Assembly (NCBI GenBank): GCA_963806185.1
Contig: CAWDXE010000008.1
Location: 57,639-121,638, forward strand
Source: an uncultured candidate division Zixibacteria bacterium
GTDB lineage: Bacteria > Zixibacteria > MSB-5A5 > GN15 > FEB-12
Length of the DNA stretch: 64,000 nt
Direction: 5' to 3'
Part shown: piece after piece, positions 20,226-30,907 of the stretch
How the letters are laid out: each line of letters opens with the position of its first letter
How positions within the stretch are numbered: position 1 is the first letter of the stretch
The notes under the pieces: generated by a model
Seen by the model: only the letters and a program-made list of their open reading frames with translations
The model's database searches: none
What the model was told of the DNA's origin: nothing
Made by a program: the position numbers and the translations under genes

Positions 20226-20276
20226 ACTGTCAGATTCTGGCAGTGAAAGCACCGTTCACTGCCAGATTTTGACAGT
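20226..20276. promoter_or_regulatory. 22-bp-arm inverted repeat upstream of the redoxin gene
   Basis: actgtcagattctggcagtgaa-agcaccg-ttcactgccagattttgacagt, 2 mismatches. Confidence 0.5.
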
Positions 20277-20316
20277 GAACGCCCGCTTTGCTTGCGCTGA
20301 ATTGTGCTCCACCCAT

Positions 20317-20340
20317 AAAAAAACCCGCCTGACGGCGGGC
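20317..20340 (-). terminator. Terminator of the pentose-phosphate operon
   Basis: cccgcc-tgac-ggcggg stem with an A7 run on the + strand (U run on the minus strand). Confidence 0.75.
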
Positions 20341-20395
20341 TCTCTGTGTATTATGGCATCTAATGTCTAGCTGATTCTCGTCTTGCGTCCCCCCC

Positions 20396-20713
20396 TCACC
20401 CCAGCACCACCGCCGTCCCCGAGGCGCACACCATCAGCATCGACCCCTGCCCCACTGTTTCGAAATCCAGATCGACCCCGATCACCGCATTCCCCCCCAT
20501 CGCCTGCGCTTGGGCAGTCATTTCGTCGATCGCAATTTCCTTCGCGCGCTGAAGTTCCTTTTCGTACGCCGCCGCTCGTCCGCCCACGATATCGCGAATC
20601 CCGGCAAAGAGATCTTTGAAAATGTTCGCACCCAGGATTGCCTCACCCGACACCAATCCCAAATACTTCGTGACCGGTTTTCCCTCAACCACATTTGTCG
20701 TAACTACCAACAT
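20396..20713 (-). CDS. YbjQ/UPF0145 heavy-metal-binding family protein
   Basis: [28 protein letters not shown]...[10 protein letters not shown]...ASGTAV. Confidence 0.93.
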   Translation of the reverse strand: MLVVTTNVVEGKPVTKYLGLVSGEAILGANIFKDLFAGIRDIVGGRAAAYEKELQRAKEIAIDEMTAQAQAMGGNAVIGVDLDFETVGQGSMLMVCASGTAVVLG

Positions 20714-20716
20714 ATC

Positions 20717-21772
20717 TTACTCCTTCGTTGTCAAACCCAGCGTCCGGGCCGCCGCTACAGCGGCATGATACTCGTCAAATTCCGTCGTGCTCTGCATCAG
20801 ATCCAGCACATACTGCGCCAGCGGAGATTTCCCTGCCGCCACATGGGTGCGAAAATCACCATGCGTTCCGGTGCAGCCGATCACCGCGCCGTCCGCAACC
20901 CGGTCGGCCGCGATCTCCACTCTTGTGCCGTCACTGAAATCAATACGCAGGAGTATCGCTGAAGATTCAGAAATCGGCAGATCACCAAACCGCATCGTCG
21001 CCGCGCGTCGATCCACCGAAAACTTGATCACGCCTGCCGTCGCAACGGCACTGTCAAGCACACCCAGTCGGTACAACAGCCATCCCCCCAGCAACAAGTG
21101 ACTCTGGTCACTCAGCGTCGCGACTTCATAGCCGGTAGGATAGATCGACGGATGATTGCGCTGGTAGTGACCAAACATCGTCGACAACATCTCCCGCACC
21201 GGCAACGTCGCAAACCAGGCGAACGGCAGGAAGGCGTGATGAATCTGTTCCGACGGAAAGGGACTGTCGCCCGACAGATAGAAATCCGACAACTGCATCA
21301 CCGTCCGGTCGAGCTCCGCCGGCGATTGCCCGGGTGAAAAATCAATGGTGATCACCGGAATCGACGGCACCACCAGCGACCGTATCGCCCCCGGGATATC
21401 GACAATCCGCTCTTTCGCCGCGAGAATCTCAATCACTTCCCAGCAGATCATACCTTTGGTCTCCGGATGAAGCCGGCAGGCGGTCCGGACAAACGCGCCA
21501 TAGGTGGGAAAATCATCGATGACTATCAGCAGGGTGCGCGACGGGTGCAGTTCGGCCAGGGCGTATGCCACGGTTTCCGCCTCAGGACGGGTCCGCGAAT
21601 CGGTGATGACGATCGTGTTGGCCAGGCATAGCTTGCTCCAGCCACGATCAGCCTTCTCACCGCCTCCGGCATTGCGCCAGATTTCGGCCAATCGCTTTTC
21701 GATTAACTCAGCGCTCACCGGAAGAAACCCGCCGTCAAACGTCTCTTCTGCCGCGGAATGCCCGTCGCTCAT
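20717..21772 (-). CDS. opcA: Glucose-6-phosphate dehydrogenase assembly protein OpcA-like
   Basis: Overlaps the zwf stop; IEKRLAEIWR, HPSRTLLI, ICWEVIEI, RSLVVPSIPV. Confidence 0.75.
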   Translation of the reverse strand: MSDGHSAAEETFDGGFLPVSAELIEKRLAEIWRNAGGGEKADRGWSKLCLANTIVITDSRTRPEAETVAYALAELHPSRTLLIVIDDFPTYGAFVRTACRLHPETKGMICWEVIEILAAKERIVDIPGAIRSLVVPSIPVITIDFSPGQSPAELDRTVMQLSDFYLSGDSPFPSEQIHHAFLPFAWFATLPVREMLSTMFGHYQRNHPSIYPTGYEVATLSDQSHLLLGGWLLYRLGVLDSAVATAGVIKFSVDRRAATMRFGDLPISESSAILLRIDFSDGTRVEIAADRVADGAVIGCTGTHGDFRTHVAAGKSPLAQYVLDLMQSTTEFDEYHAAVAAARTLGLTTKE

Positions 21773-23322
21773 AGCCGGTGCCAGGTGTGACCGTCGCGAG
21801 CCAGCAGATCATCTGCGGCCGTCGGCCCCCATTCACCCGCCTCGTAGGTATGCAAGGGAAGATTGTGCCAATATTCTGTGATCCGATCGATCATCTGCCA
21901 GGACAATTCCACTTCATCTTCGCGCGCGAACAACGTACCGTCCCCCGTGAGCGCGTCGAGCAGCAGCCGCTCGTAGGCCTCGGGGGTTGGTGTGCCGAAG
22001 GAACTGTCGTACATGAAATCCATTCGCACTGGCGATACACGCACCGCTTGGCCGGGCACTTTCACCCCGATTGACAGGGAGATCCCTTCATTCGGTTGTA
22101 TGCGAAGTCGAAGGATATTGGGATGCGCCAGATTGACGCCCGCCTGATCGAAAATCTGATGCGGCGGTGCCTTAAACGTAATAATGACCTCCGTCGCCCG
22201 CTTCGGCAATCGCTTCCCCGCCCGCAGGTAGAATGGTACCCCCGACCACCGCCAGTTGTCGATGAACATCCGCAACGCTACATATGTGTCGGTGAGTGAT
22301 CCCGGCGCTACGCCCGGCTCCTTCAAATACCCCGCCACGCGCTCTCCCCCGACTGACCCGGCGATATACTGTGCCCGTACTACATGGTGGCCCACTTCGT
22401 TCGGATCAATACTGCGCAGTGAGCGCAACACCTTCGCCTTTTCATCGCGAATTGCCGTGGCGTCAAATGTCGCCGGCGGTTCCATCCCTATTAATGTAAA
22501 CACCTGCATGATGTGCGACTGGATCATGTCGCGAATAATTCCTGCGCTCTCGAAATACCCGGCTCGCGACTCCACACCCAGCGACTCCGCCACCGAAATC
22601 TGCACGTTGTCGACATACCGCCGATTCCACAGCGGCTCGAATATCGAATTCCCCAGGCGAAAGACCAGAATGTTCTGCACCGTCTCCTTGCCCAGATAGT
22701 GATCGATACGGTACACCTGCGGCTCCGCAAACACCTTGTGCACGATCCGATTCAGCTCTTTCGCCGATTCCAGGTCATGCCCGAACGGCTTCTCCACGAC
22801 GATCCGCCGCCATTTCTCCCCTTCCGCCGTCGGTGACACCAGCCCCGCTTCATTGAGATTCGTCACGATATCGTCAAACGCATCCGGCGGCGTCGCCATG
22901 TAAAACAGGCTGTTCTCCGGAACCATCCGCTCTTGCGCCGTCTTCCGGCATCGCTCCGCCAGCACGCGATAGGCCGACTGGTCCTCGAACTTCCCCTGCA
23001 CGTATCCGATATTCGCGACAAACTGAAGCAACTGCTCTTCGCTGTCCGGCTGACGGCGCGAGTACTTTCGAATCGCTTCCTGCATTTCCGCCTGGAAATG
23101 GGCATCGGTCCAATCGCGGCGGGCGAAGCCCAAAATGCAAAACGGCTCCGCGAGGAAGCCGTCCTTGTACAGGTTGAACAGCGCTGGTATCAACTTTCGC
23201 TTGGTCAGGTCGCCGGTCGCTCCGAAGATCACGAACGAAAACGGCCCCGCCTGCCTCTGCCGCATGAACCTGCTGAGAAATGGATTTCCTATCGTCTGAC
23301 CCGGCGTCGATCGCTCCGCCAT
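21769..23322 (-). CDS. zwf: Glucose-6-phosphate 1-dehydrogenase
   Basis: IFGATGDL, EKPFGHD, RIDHYLGKE, PEAYERLL; start MAERST at 23322. Confidence 0.97.
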   Translation of the reverse strand: MAERSTPGQTIGNPFLSRFMRQRQAGPFSFVIFGATGDLTKRKLIPALFNLYKDGFLAEPFCILGFARRDWTDAHFQAEMQEAIRKYSRRQPDSEEQLLQFVANIGYVQGKFEDQSAYRVLAERCRKTAQERMVPENSLFYMATPPDAFDDIVTNLNEAGLVSPTAEGEKWRRIVVEKPFGHDLESAKELNRIVHKVFAEPQVYRIDHYLGKETVQNILVFRLGNSIFEPLWNRRYVDNVQISVAESLGVESRAGYFESAGIIRDMIQSHIMQVFTLIGMEPPATFDATAIRDEKAKVLRSLRSIDPNEVGHHVVRAQYIAGSVGGERVAGYLKEPGVAPGSLTDTYVALRMFIDNWRWSGVPFYLRAGKRLPKRATEVIITFKAPPHQIFDQAGVNLAHPNILRLRIQPNEGISLSIGVKVPGQAVRVSPVRMDFMYDSSFGTPTPEAYERLLLDALTGDGTLFAREDEVELSWQMIDRITEYWHNLPLHTYEAGEWGPTAADDLLARDGHTWHRL

Positions 23323-24224
23323 TACCCCTCCCGCTCTTTCACCGCGTGTCCGCCAAACTGATTCCGCAACGCCGCCAGCACCTTCCCCGAGAACGAATCC
23401 TCCTGGCGCGATCGAAATCGATTCATCAACGCATACGTCAACGACACCGCCGGCACATCCCGATCGATCGCTTCGATCACCGTCCATCGCCCCTCGCCGG
23501 AATCAGCGACATACCCGCGAATTTTATCAAGCTTAGGATCCTCCCGAAACGATGCTTCTGCCAGCTCCAGCAGCCACGACCGCACCACGGATCCCTGGTT
23601 CCAGAGTCCGGCGATCGCTGCAAGGTCCAACGTGTACTCCGAGGCGTTGAGTATCTCAAACCCCTCGGCGTACGCCTGCATCATTCCGTATTCGATGCCG
23701 TTGTGGATCATCTTCACATAATGCCCGGAGCCGCTCGGCCCGACATGCAAGTAGCCGTTGGGCGGCGCCAGCGTCTTGAAAAGCAGTTCGCACGCGGCAA
23801 ATGCCTTCTTCTCCCCGCCAATCATCAGGCAATACCCGTTCTTCAGCCCCCACACACCTCCGGACGTACCGGAATCGAGCAGCTGAATACCTCTCTGCTT
23901 CAGTTCCTGCGCGCGCCGTGTTGTGTCGTGAAAATTCGAATTGCCGCCGTCGATAACAATGTCGCCCGCGCTCATCTTCGCCGCCACGTCGCCAATCACC
24001 TTGCCGGTGATTTCGCCCGACGGTACCATCACCCAGACGACCTTTGGCGACGGCAGCGCTGCCAGCAACTCTTCGAGCGAGTGTGCCCCCGAGGCTCCGG
24101 CCGCTTTCGCTTTAGTCACCACCTCGGGCGAAAGATCAAACGCCACAATCTGGTGCCCTCCCGCCATGAGACGGGAGATCATGTTGAAACCCATTCGGCC
24201 TAGTCCGATAAATCCGATTTTCAT
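23322..24224 (-). CDS. gnd: 6-phosphogluconate dehydrogenase (decarboxylating), short type
   Basis: IGFIGLGRMG, IDGGNS, SGGVWG, VKMIHNGIEYG, DSGEGRW, LRNQFGGH. Confidence 0.96.
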   Translation of the reverse strand: MKIGFIGLGRMGFNMISRLMAGGHQIVAFDLSPEVVTKAKAAGASGAHSLEELLAALPSPKVVWVMVPSGEITGKVIGDVAAKMSAGDIVIDGGNSNFHDTTRRAQELKQRGIQLLDSGTSGGVWGLKNGYCLMIGGEKKAFAACELLFKTLAPPNGYLHVGPSGSGHYVKMIHNGIEYGMMQAYAEGFEILNASEYTLDLAAIAGLWNQGSVVRSWLLELAEASFREDPKLDKIRGYVADSGEGRWTVIEAIDRDVPAVSLTYALMNRFRSRQEDSFSGKVLAALRNQFGGHAVKEREG

Positions 24225-26186
24225 ACCTTGACTCGCGCCTCGCGAATAATCTCCCGTATCCGGCCGGCCACCGCTTTCGCATCCATGCCCAGCATCGCGT
24301 ACAATTCGTCGGGCGTGCCGGAGGATCCGTAGTGCGGTGCGCCTATCTTCGTCAACTTGGTGAAAAGCTGATGGTCATACATCGCCGATGCAATTGTCGC
24401 ACCCAATCCCGACTTCACGTTATGATCTTCGAGCGTCACGATGTGCTGAAAGTCAGCCAGCATGCGCAAATCGTCGACGTGCAGATCCGACCAGTCCGAA
24501 ACCGACACCAGCGCGATTCGGTGACCCTCGCCGTTCAGCGCCGACCACGCCTGCATGGCATACGCCAGCATATTCCCCGCCGACACCAGCACCACAGTCT
24601 CCCCTTTGCGGATGCTTTCCATCCGGCCGTACCGATAACTGATAATCGCGGCCGAAATGCGGTTCCCCTGCATCATCGGTAATGACCGGGATGACCGCCC
24701 GCCCCATGATGACCGCAAAGTTGCCGGGATGGCTCAACACGTATCGCACAATCCGATCGGTTTGATTCGGATCGGCCGGCGTAATCACCTTCCAGCCGAA
24801 TGTCGAATTGAGCAGCGAGAAGTAATCAATACACTGATGCGTCTTGCCGTCCTCGCCGACGTTGATCCCCGAATGCGTGCAAAACAACTTCACGTTGCCG
24901 TGATTAATGTCGTTCAGCCGCGCCTGATTGTAGGTCTCATCTATGCCGAAGACGCCGAAATCCGACCATATTGCCAGCGCCGTCTCCGCCGACAGAGCGC
25001 CGACCGTCGTGGCCGTCGAATGTTCCATAATCCCTGACTGGATGAAACTGTCTGGGTACTTCTTGGCAAACCCATCAGTCTTTACCGATTTGGCCAGATC
25101 ACAATCGAAGACCGCCATCACAAATCCCGGGCGCCCCATGTTCGCGTCGGCCACAGAGACCAGCGCCTTCCCCCACGCGCTCCGATTGTCCGATTTGTCA
25201 GCGGCTCCGTACTGAATCGGCTCGCCCGGATTGACCTCCGGGAACGGCGCAAGCTTCGTCGCAAATGGCGGCGGCGGTCCCTGCTTCCGTCGTGCCTTCA
25301 GCGCGTCCACGTCATTGGGCACCGGATTCCCCAGCGCCGCCAGTGCCTCTCCCATTTGCTCGGGCTTGATTGCCGCGCCATGGTAATCTTCCTTGTTTTC
25401 CATGAACGGCACACCCTTCCCCATCACCGACTTCGCCAACAGCATCACCGGCGCCTTTGCTTCGTGGGTCGCATGATAGAGCGCGTCATACAATTGATTC
25501 AGGTCGTGCGCATCTACCTCAAGCACCTCCCACCCGTCAGCCACCCAATCCGCTTTGATATTCTGCGGCATGATCTCGCTGATGCGACCCGAAATCTGCA
25601 AATGATTGAAATCCACGAGCGCGGTCAGTTTGGTCAACCCAAACTTGGCCGCCATCCGGCGCGCTTCACCAATCTGCCCTTTCTGCTGCTCGCCATCGCC
25701 CATCAGGACATATGTATGGAAATTCTGCTTCGACAGACGCCCGTACAGCGCTTTGCCGACGCCCACCGACAGCCCCTGCCCCAGGTTGCCGGTATCCCAC
25801 TCGATCCCCGGCACCGATCTTTCCACGTGCCCCTCGAACGGCGATCCGCCCAGCCGGAATCCCCACAACGCCGGCTCGATCGCGAAAAAACCGGCCGCCG
25901 CCAGCGAAACGTATGCCCCCGGTGATGTGTGACCGTGAGAAATAACGATCCGATCGCGGTCGTCCCGATACGGGTCGCGCGGATCGACATTCGCGAGATT
26001 GTACAAGGTCACATACATCTCGAGCGACGACATCGATCCCCCCGGATGTCCCGAGTTCGCCACGGTCGTCATTTTGAGAATCTGACCTCGGCCAACGCGG
26101 GCCATTTCGGTCAATTTAGTATACCATTCAGGCGCGAGGTGGCGCGCGCGAAAGCCGCGCCACATATCAAATGATGCCACGATCAA
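24221..26186 (-). CDS. tkt: Transketolase (one frameshift near 24640)
   Basis: SGHPGGSMS, DRIVISHGH, GDGEQQKG, GEDGKTHQ in ORF 24453-26186; C-terminal domain (YRYGRME...LEDHNVKSGLG) continues in ORF 24221-24718. Confidence 0.9.
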
Positions 26187-26193
26187 TCCTCTC

Positions 26194-27933
26194 CTATCGC
26201 AATATCGCCTTCAGCCGTGTCATGAATGTCTGCATCCCCTTGGCCACGTCGCCTTCGAGGGTGATCAGAAGGACCGGCACTTTGCGCTTGAGCAAGGCTT
26301 CCATATCCCCGATCGCCTGGGCCGTGATCAGATGTCCGAATCCGAATTCGCGCCCCGGGATCGGCAGCGCTTCGTATTCCTTCCGGATGAAGATGATATA
26401 CATCCCCATGCGCGGCCCACCCTTATACAACTGACCGATCGAGTGCAGATACCGCGGACCATACCCCCGCAACGTCGGCAAACCGCTCATATGCCGGAGC
26501 GATGTCCGCAGTTCCGCCATTGCCTTCTCCGTCTGCGGCGTCTCACGAAAATAGCCGAGAACGGAAAGAAACGAATAATCGCGCTTGGCGCGGGCAAAGA
26601 ACTGGCGGATCAGGGCCGTCTCCGGCTGCTTGATGCGGAACGAATCCGACATCCCCGCGCGAAGAATCGAGACACCCTCGTATGTCGACGCCACCGCCGG
26701 CATTCCTATCTCGCCGCTCACCCGGAAATCATTCAGAATGGTCGTGGTATTGCCCTTCGCCTCGGTCACGTTCGGTTCGTCGAACGGATTGACGCCGACG
26801 AGATACCCGGCAATCGCGGTCACCGTCTCCCAGAACAGGAATTGCCCGCCGAAATTCGTCTTTGATCCGAGTGTGATCACGGCCCACGGAAGTTTCTTCT
26901 TGGCGAAATCGTTGACGATCGACTGGTATTCCGCCACCTTCTCGCCGGGCGCCTCCAGCATGATCGCAATGCGATCCAGACTGTAATCGGCCGGCTTGCC
27001 CAGAGGCTCGCTGTCGATCGGAACCGTTCCCTTGTTATCCTTGCCGATAGACTCGGCAATCAACTGCTCGATCCACGGCACCAGCGGCTGAGCCGACTTG
27101 GTCGCCAGGAATGTCAGCTTGTTCCATCCCCCAACGGCGCCTCCCGCGATCAACGCCGCCAGCGCCACGGCCGGGTTTGCTTCTCCTTCGGCCGCGAATA
27201 GCATCTGCCGCATCGCCGCCGCGTCATCGAGCATCGCTTCCAGATCAACGCCGGTGAATGCGCCCGGGACCAGTCCGAAATATGACAGCGCCGAATACCG
27301 CCCACCTATGTCCGACGGGTTGATCCAGACCTGCCGATACTTCATCTTCCGGGCGAATTTCTCAAGCTCGCTCCCCTTGTCGGTGATCGCCGTAAACTGC
27401 CGGCCGACCTGCTTCACTTTCAGATCGCCCAGCCGCTTGATGAAATACGCTTCATGCGACCGCGTTTCGATTGTCCCGCCTGATTTCGAGGCGACAATAA
27501 ACAGCGTCTTCTTGATGTCTGCTTGCTTTTCGACAGCCAGAATGGCCGCCGGATCAGTCGAGTCGAGGACCTGATAGGAATCAAAGCCTTTGCGTGGTCC
27601 GAACACTTTCCCCAACAAATCCGGACAAAGTGACGATCCGCCCATGCCCATCACCACGACGTGCCGCAAGCCGTCCCGATGAACTTCGTCGGCAAATGCC
27701 TTGATCGTGTCCACTTCCGGACGCAGCTTCAACATCACATCCACCCAGCCGAGACGATGGCCTATGCGATGGCGAATCTCTGCACGCCGTGAAAAGGCCG
27801 TGGCGTCGCGTTCCAACAGCCGCTGAGCGATATCGGTCCGCTCACCTAGCTCCAGCGCCCGTTCAAACCGCGAACCGACTATTCCCTCTGATACCTCAAC
27901 AAATCCCTTGTTCGTGCCTTTGGTTCGTTTCAA
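26194..27933 (-). CDS. pgi: Glucose-6-phosphate isomerase (PGI domain of the Tal-Pgi fusion type, standalone)
   Basis: GMGGSSL, ASKSGGTIET, IGGRYSALS, EQLIAESIGK, VNPFDEPNV, GPRYLHSIGQLYKGGP. Confidence 0.9.
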   Translation of the reverse strand: MKRTKGTNKGFVEVSEGIVGSRFERALELGERTDIAQRLLERDATAFSRRAEIRHRIGHRLGWVDVMLKLRPEVDTIKAFADEVHRDGLRHVVVMGMGGSSLCPDLLGKVFGPRKGFDSYQVLDSTDPAAILAVEKQADIKKTLFIVASKSGGTIETRSHEAYFIKRLGDLKVKQVGRQFTAITDKGSELEKFARKMKYRQVWINPSDIGGRYSALSYFGLVPGAFTGVDLEAMLDDAAAMRQMLFAAEGEANPAVALAALIAGGAVGGWNKLTFLATKSAQPLVPWIEQLIAESIGKDNKGTVPIDSEPLGKPADYSLDRIAIMLEAPGEKVAEYQSIVNDFAKKKLPWAVITLGSKTNFGGQFLFWETVTAIAGYLVGVNPFDEPNVTEAKGNTTTILNDFRVSGEIGMPAVASTYEGVSILRAGMSDSFRIKQPETALIRQFFARAKRDYSFLSVLGYFRETPQTEKAMAELRTSLRHMSGLPTLRGYGPRYLHSIGQLYKGGPRMGMYIIFIRKEYEALPIPGREFGFGHLITAQAIGDMEALLKRKVPVLLITLEGDVAKGMQTFMTRLKAILR

Positions 27934-27944
27934 AAGAGTACCCT

Positions 27945-28592
27945 CTACGTTCGAAGAACTGATGCGATCAATGTTCGTCGATCGCTTTCCTTAAAAAATC
28001 CTGTTCCCATCACTAATATATCCGCACCGGCATCAAGTACCGCTCCGGCCGTAGATCGGTCGACGCCGCCATCAACCGAAATCTGTGTGCGAAGGCCGTG
28101 CGAGTCAATGTAATCCCTTGCCGCGCGAATCCGTGACAGACTCGCCGGTATGAACTCTTGACCGCCGAATCCGGGAAAGACCGACATGATCAACAGCAGG
28201 TCAAATTCCTTCAGATACGGCAACACGCGTTCGATCGGCATGTCCGGGTTCAGTGAAATACCCGCCTCAACGCCCAACTTCCGGAGCTCGTGCACAACCG
28301 AAGTCGGCTCAGGGTGAACCTCGAGATGAAACGTGATCCGATCCGCTCCCGCCTCGACGAACGCTTTGAAATACCGCTCCGGCTCCGACAGCATCAAATG
28401 CACGTCGAGATACAGATTCGTCAGACGATCAATCGTTCGGACAATGCCCGGACCAAACGAAATATTAGGTACAAAGTGGCCATCCATGATGTCCAGATGC
28501 AACATCGAAACACCCGATGACTCGGCTCCGGCTACCTCCTCAGCCAGATGTCCGAAATCCGCGCCCAGAATTGACGGGGCAATGGTTGGCAT
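27945..28592 (-). CDS. rpe: Ribulose-phosphate 3-epimerase
   Basis: IAPSIL, HLDIMDGHFVPN, DVHLM, MSVFPGFGGQ, VDGGV. Confidence 0.97.
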   Translation of the reverse strand: MPTIAPSILGADFGHLAEEVAGAESSGVSMLHLDIMDGHFVPNISFGPGIVRTIDRLTNLYLDVHLMLSEPERYFKAFVEAGADRITFHLEVHPEPTSVVHELRKLGVEAGISLNPDMPIERVLPYLKEFDLLLIMSVFPGFGGQEFIPASLSRIRAARDYIDSHGLRTQISVDGGVDRSTAGAVLDAGADILVMGTGFFKESDRRTLIASVLRT

Positions 28593-28744
28593 AAGACACA
28601 ATAACGCCCCGGTTCCCGTCAGGGCAAGCGAAAATCGCCTATCAACGACAGGATAGATCGGATATGTTTGTCCTTATTCCCGCCCGCGCGCTGCTCCGCT
28701 ATTCTGTTTCTTTGTTTCCTCACCCGTAACCGGTATACTGATTT

Positions 28745-29695
28745 ATGCGCGCCGGCCCTGCCCCATCCCAGACTCGTGAAATCGCCCTGCTCGCCGCCGG
28801 GGCCTTCTGTATAAGTCTGTCGCCAATCTTCGTTAAGGCTATCGGGCTAGGACACATGGGCCCTACGGCTATCGGCTTCTGGCGGTTGATTCTGGGCGCC
28901 TTCGGCTTCTTCCTTATCGCGATTGTCACGCGGAGGTCATTAAAGCTCAGCCCACACGCTCTCCTCTGGGCCGCTCTCGCCGGGCTCTCCTTTTCCTTTG
29001 ATATATTCCTCTGGCACCGCTCCATCCTATTGACTGGCGCAGGCATGGCCACCATTCTCGGCAACACTCAGGTCTTTAGCTCCGCTATTTTGAGCTACTT
29101 TCTTTTCCGCGAACGATTGAGCCTCCGCTTTTTCATAGCCGCCGTCATCGGACTCTTCAGTGTATCGCTGCTGGTCGGAATCTTTAGCCAAACTGTCGTC
29201 TTTACCCCCGACTACACACTGGGTGTGACCTTTGGCCTGGGAACCGGCTTTGCCTACGCCGGTTTCATCGTCGGGTTGAAACGAGGCTCCCGCGTTGAAC
29301 CACGACCGGACCCCATAGTCTTCATGGCCTGGTCTTCATTGGTCACCGCCGTCTGCCTTGGTATCGCCGCACCGTTCGAACATGGCCTGTTTTTGCCCGG
29401 CTCCCTCTTTGATTGGACTATGTTGGTTGGATTGGGGCTGATTGTCCAGGTCTTCGGCTGGTGGGCAATTTCCTGGTCACTGCACTATATCGAAATTCAC
29501 CGCGCCTCGCTGATCCTTCTTCTTCAGCCGACCCTCGCTACTGTGTGGGGTGCGATTATCTTTTCCGAACATCTCGATCTGTTGCAAATCCTTGGCGCCG
29601 TCCTCACCCTGACGGCCATCTACTTCGGCTCGATCCGCCCGGAATCCTCCTCCGACAGCAACACTATCCCCGCCGACCATCTGGTGCAAGGGTAG
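28745..29695 (+). CDS. DMT/EamA family transporter
   Basis: About ten hydrophobic segments in two repeats; FLFRERL, LLLQPTLATVWG...SEHL. Confidence 0.9.
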   Translation: MRAGPAPSQTREIALLAAGAFCISLSPIFVKAIGLGHMGPTAIGFWRLILGAFGFFLIAIVTRRSLKLSPHALLWAALAGLSFSFDIFLWHRSILLTGAGMATILGNTQVFSSAILSYFLFRERLSLRFFIAAVIGLFSVSLLVGIFSQTVVFTPDYTLGVTFGLGTGFAYAGFIVGLKRGSRVEPRPDPIVFMAWSSLVTAVCLGIAAPFEHGLFLPGSLFDWTMLVGLGLIVQVFGWWAISWSLHYIEIHRASLILLLQPTLATVWGAIIFSEHLDLLQILGAVLTLTAIYFGSIRPESSSDSNTIPADHLVQG

Positions 29696-29721
29696 AACAG
29701 ACTCATTCCGGTATCCGCCCC

Positions 29722-30840
29722 CTACGGCCTCCCGAAAAACCAGTCCGCGTCGTGTGTGATATAGGCGCTCACCTGCATCTGCATGATCACCGTCGATTGC
29801 GTCTCTCCACTCCGACTCCCTGAATACCCGATCGGGTCAAGTACCACGCTCTTAGGTCCCTCACTCTTGACCGGCCCCAGGCCGGATCGGAATCGAAACA
29901 GATTCTTCGCCATGTACCCGAGATACTCATGCTTGCTGTACGGATCGCCATTGTAGTCGATCGCATCCCAGATGCCCACCGAATCTCCCCGCTCCAGGGC
30001 CGCTCTGAATTCCAACGGACTCATCCAGTTTCCGGCCGTGTCAGTGACACGAACGTTGTACGTCGGATCGGTCAGCACCCATTTCCCCATCGTCTCGGAC
30101 CAGACCATCACCACCGAATGGCAATCCCCATCAGCCGTGTCAAACGGCAGACATGCCAGTACGCGCGCCGTAAACCCACACGCCAGGTACGCCTGACAGA
30201 GCATCCCCGCCAGCGCCCCACAATGCAGCCCGCGCTGCTCGCTGTCACAAATCTTGATGATCTCCACCGGATCGGTTGCCGCCGGCTCCTCGTGCTGACC
30301 ATCGTGCTTGATCCGCCGGTGTACCCAGCCCAACAGATTCTCGATCTGCGACCCTTCTCCGCCTGCTCCCATCACGCTGTCCAGCCCAAAGGTCGTCCGA
30401 AAATTCGTCAGGTGAGAATCGGTCGACGCCGGGTAAGCAAACGCCGGGATCTCCGCCGCTCCTACCCGTTCGAATTGATTAAACTCTCTAAGGAGTTTCA
30501 GCTTCGGCTCGCGATGAACATACCAACCCATAAACCGGACCACCAATTGCATCGTGTCCGTCGGCCGGACCAACCCAATCGTCACGGCGTCGGCTGAACA
30601 CTCGACCACCACCGAATCCGTTCCACTGACAAAAATCATCGGCTTCTCGTCATACGTGTTAACGGTATCGTGCATTCGCAATTGCGCTACCGGCACCGTC
30701 GCCAGGAATGATCCACTCTTGACCGTAATACTGTCCGCCGCCACGCGCAGGTATGCCTTGATCGGATCCGGAGGTTTCGACGCCGTCACGCCGGCAACAC
30801 CGGCCAACAGCAGAATTGCCGCAGCTATCGCTTTCCGCAT
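29722..30840 (-). CDS. Secreted transglutaminase-like domain protein
   Basis: Signal peptide; GLHCG...CHSVVMVW...WVLTDPT Cys-His-Asp triad. Confidence 0.8.
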   Translation of the reverse strand: MRKAIAAAILLLAGVAGVTASKPPDPIKAYLRVAADSITVKSGSFLATVPVAQLRMHDTVNTYDEKPMIFVSGTDSVVVECSADAVTIGLVRPTDTMQLVVRFMGWYVHREPKLKLLREFNQFERVGAAEIPAFAYPASTDSHLTNFRTTFGLDSVMGAGGEGSQIENLLGWVHRRIKHDGQHEEPAATDPVEIIKICDSEQRGLHCGALAGMLCQAYLACGFTARVLACLPFDTADGDCHSVVMVWSETMGKWVLTDPTYNVRVTDTAGNWMSPLEFRAALERGDSVGIWDAIDYNGDPYSKHEYLGYMAKNLFRFRSGLGPVKSEGPKSVVLDPIGYSGSRSGETQSTVIMQMQVSAYITHDADWFFGRP

Positions 30841-30852
30841 ATGCCACCTTTC

Positions 30853-30886
30853 AAACGAAACCCCGCCGGAAATTACTCCGGCGGGG
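30853..30886 (-). terminator. Terminator downstream of maeB
   Basis: ccccgccgga/tccggcgggg stem with T-rich tail on the minus strand. Confidence 0.7.
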
Positions 30887-30907
30887 AATACACTGAGAAC
30901 GAATGTC

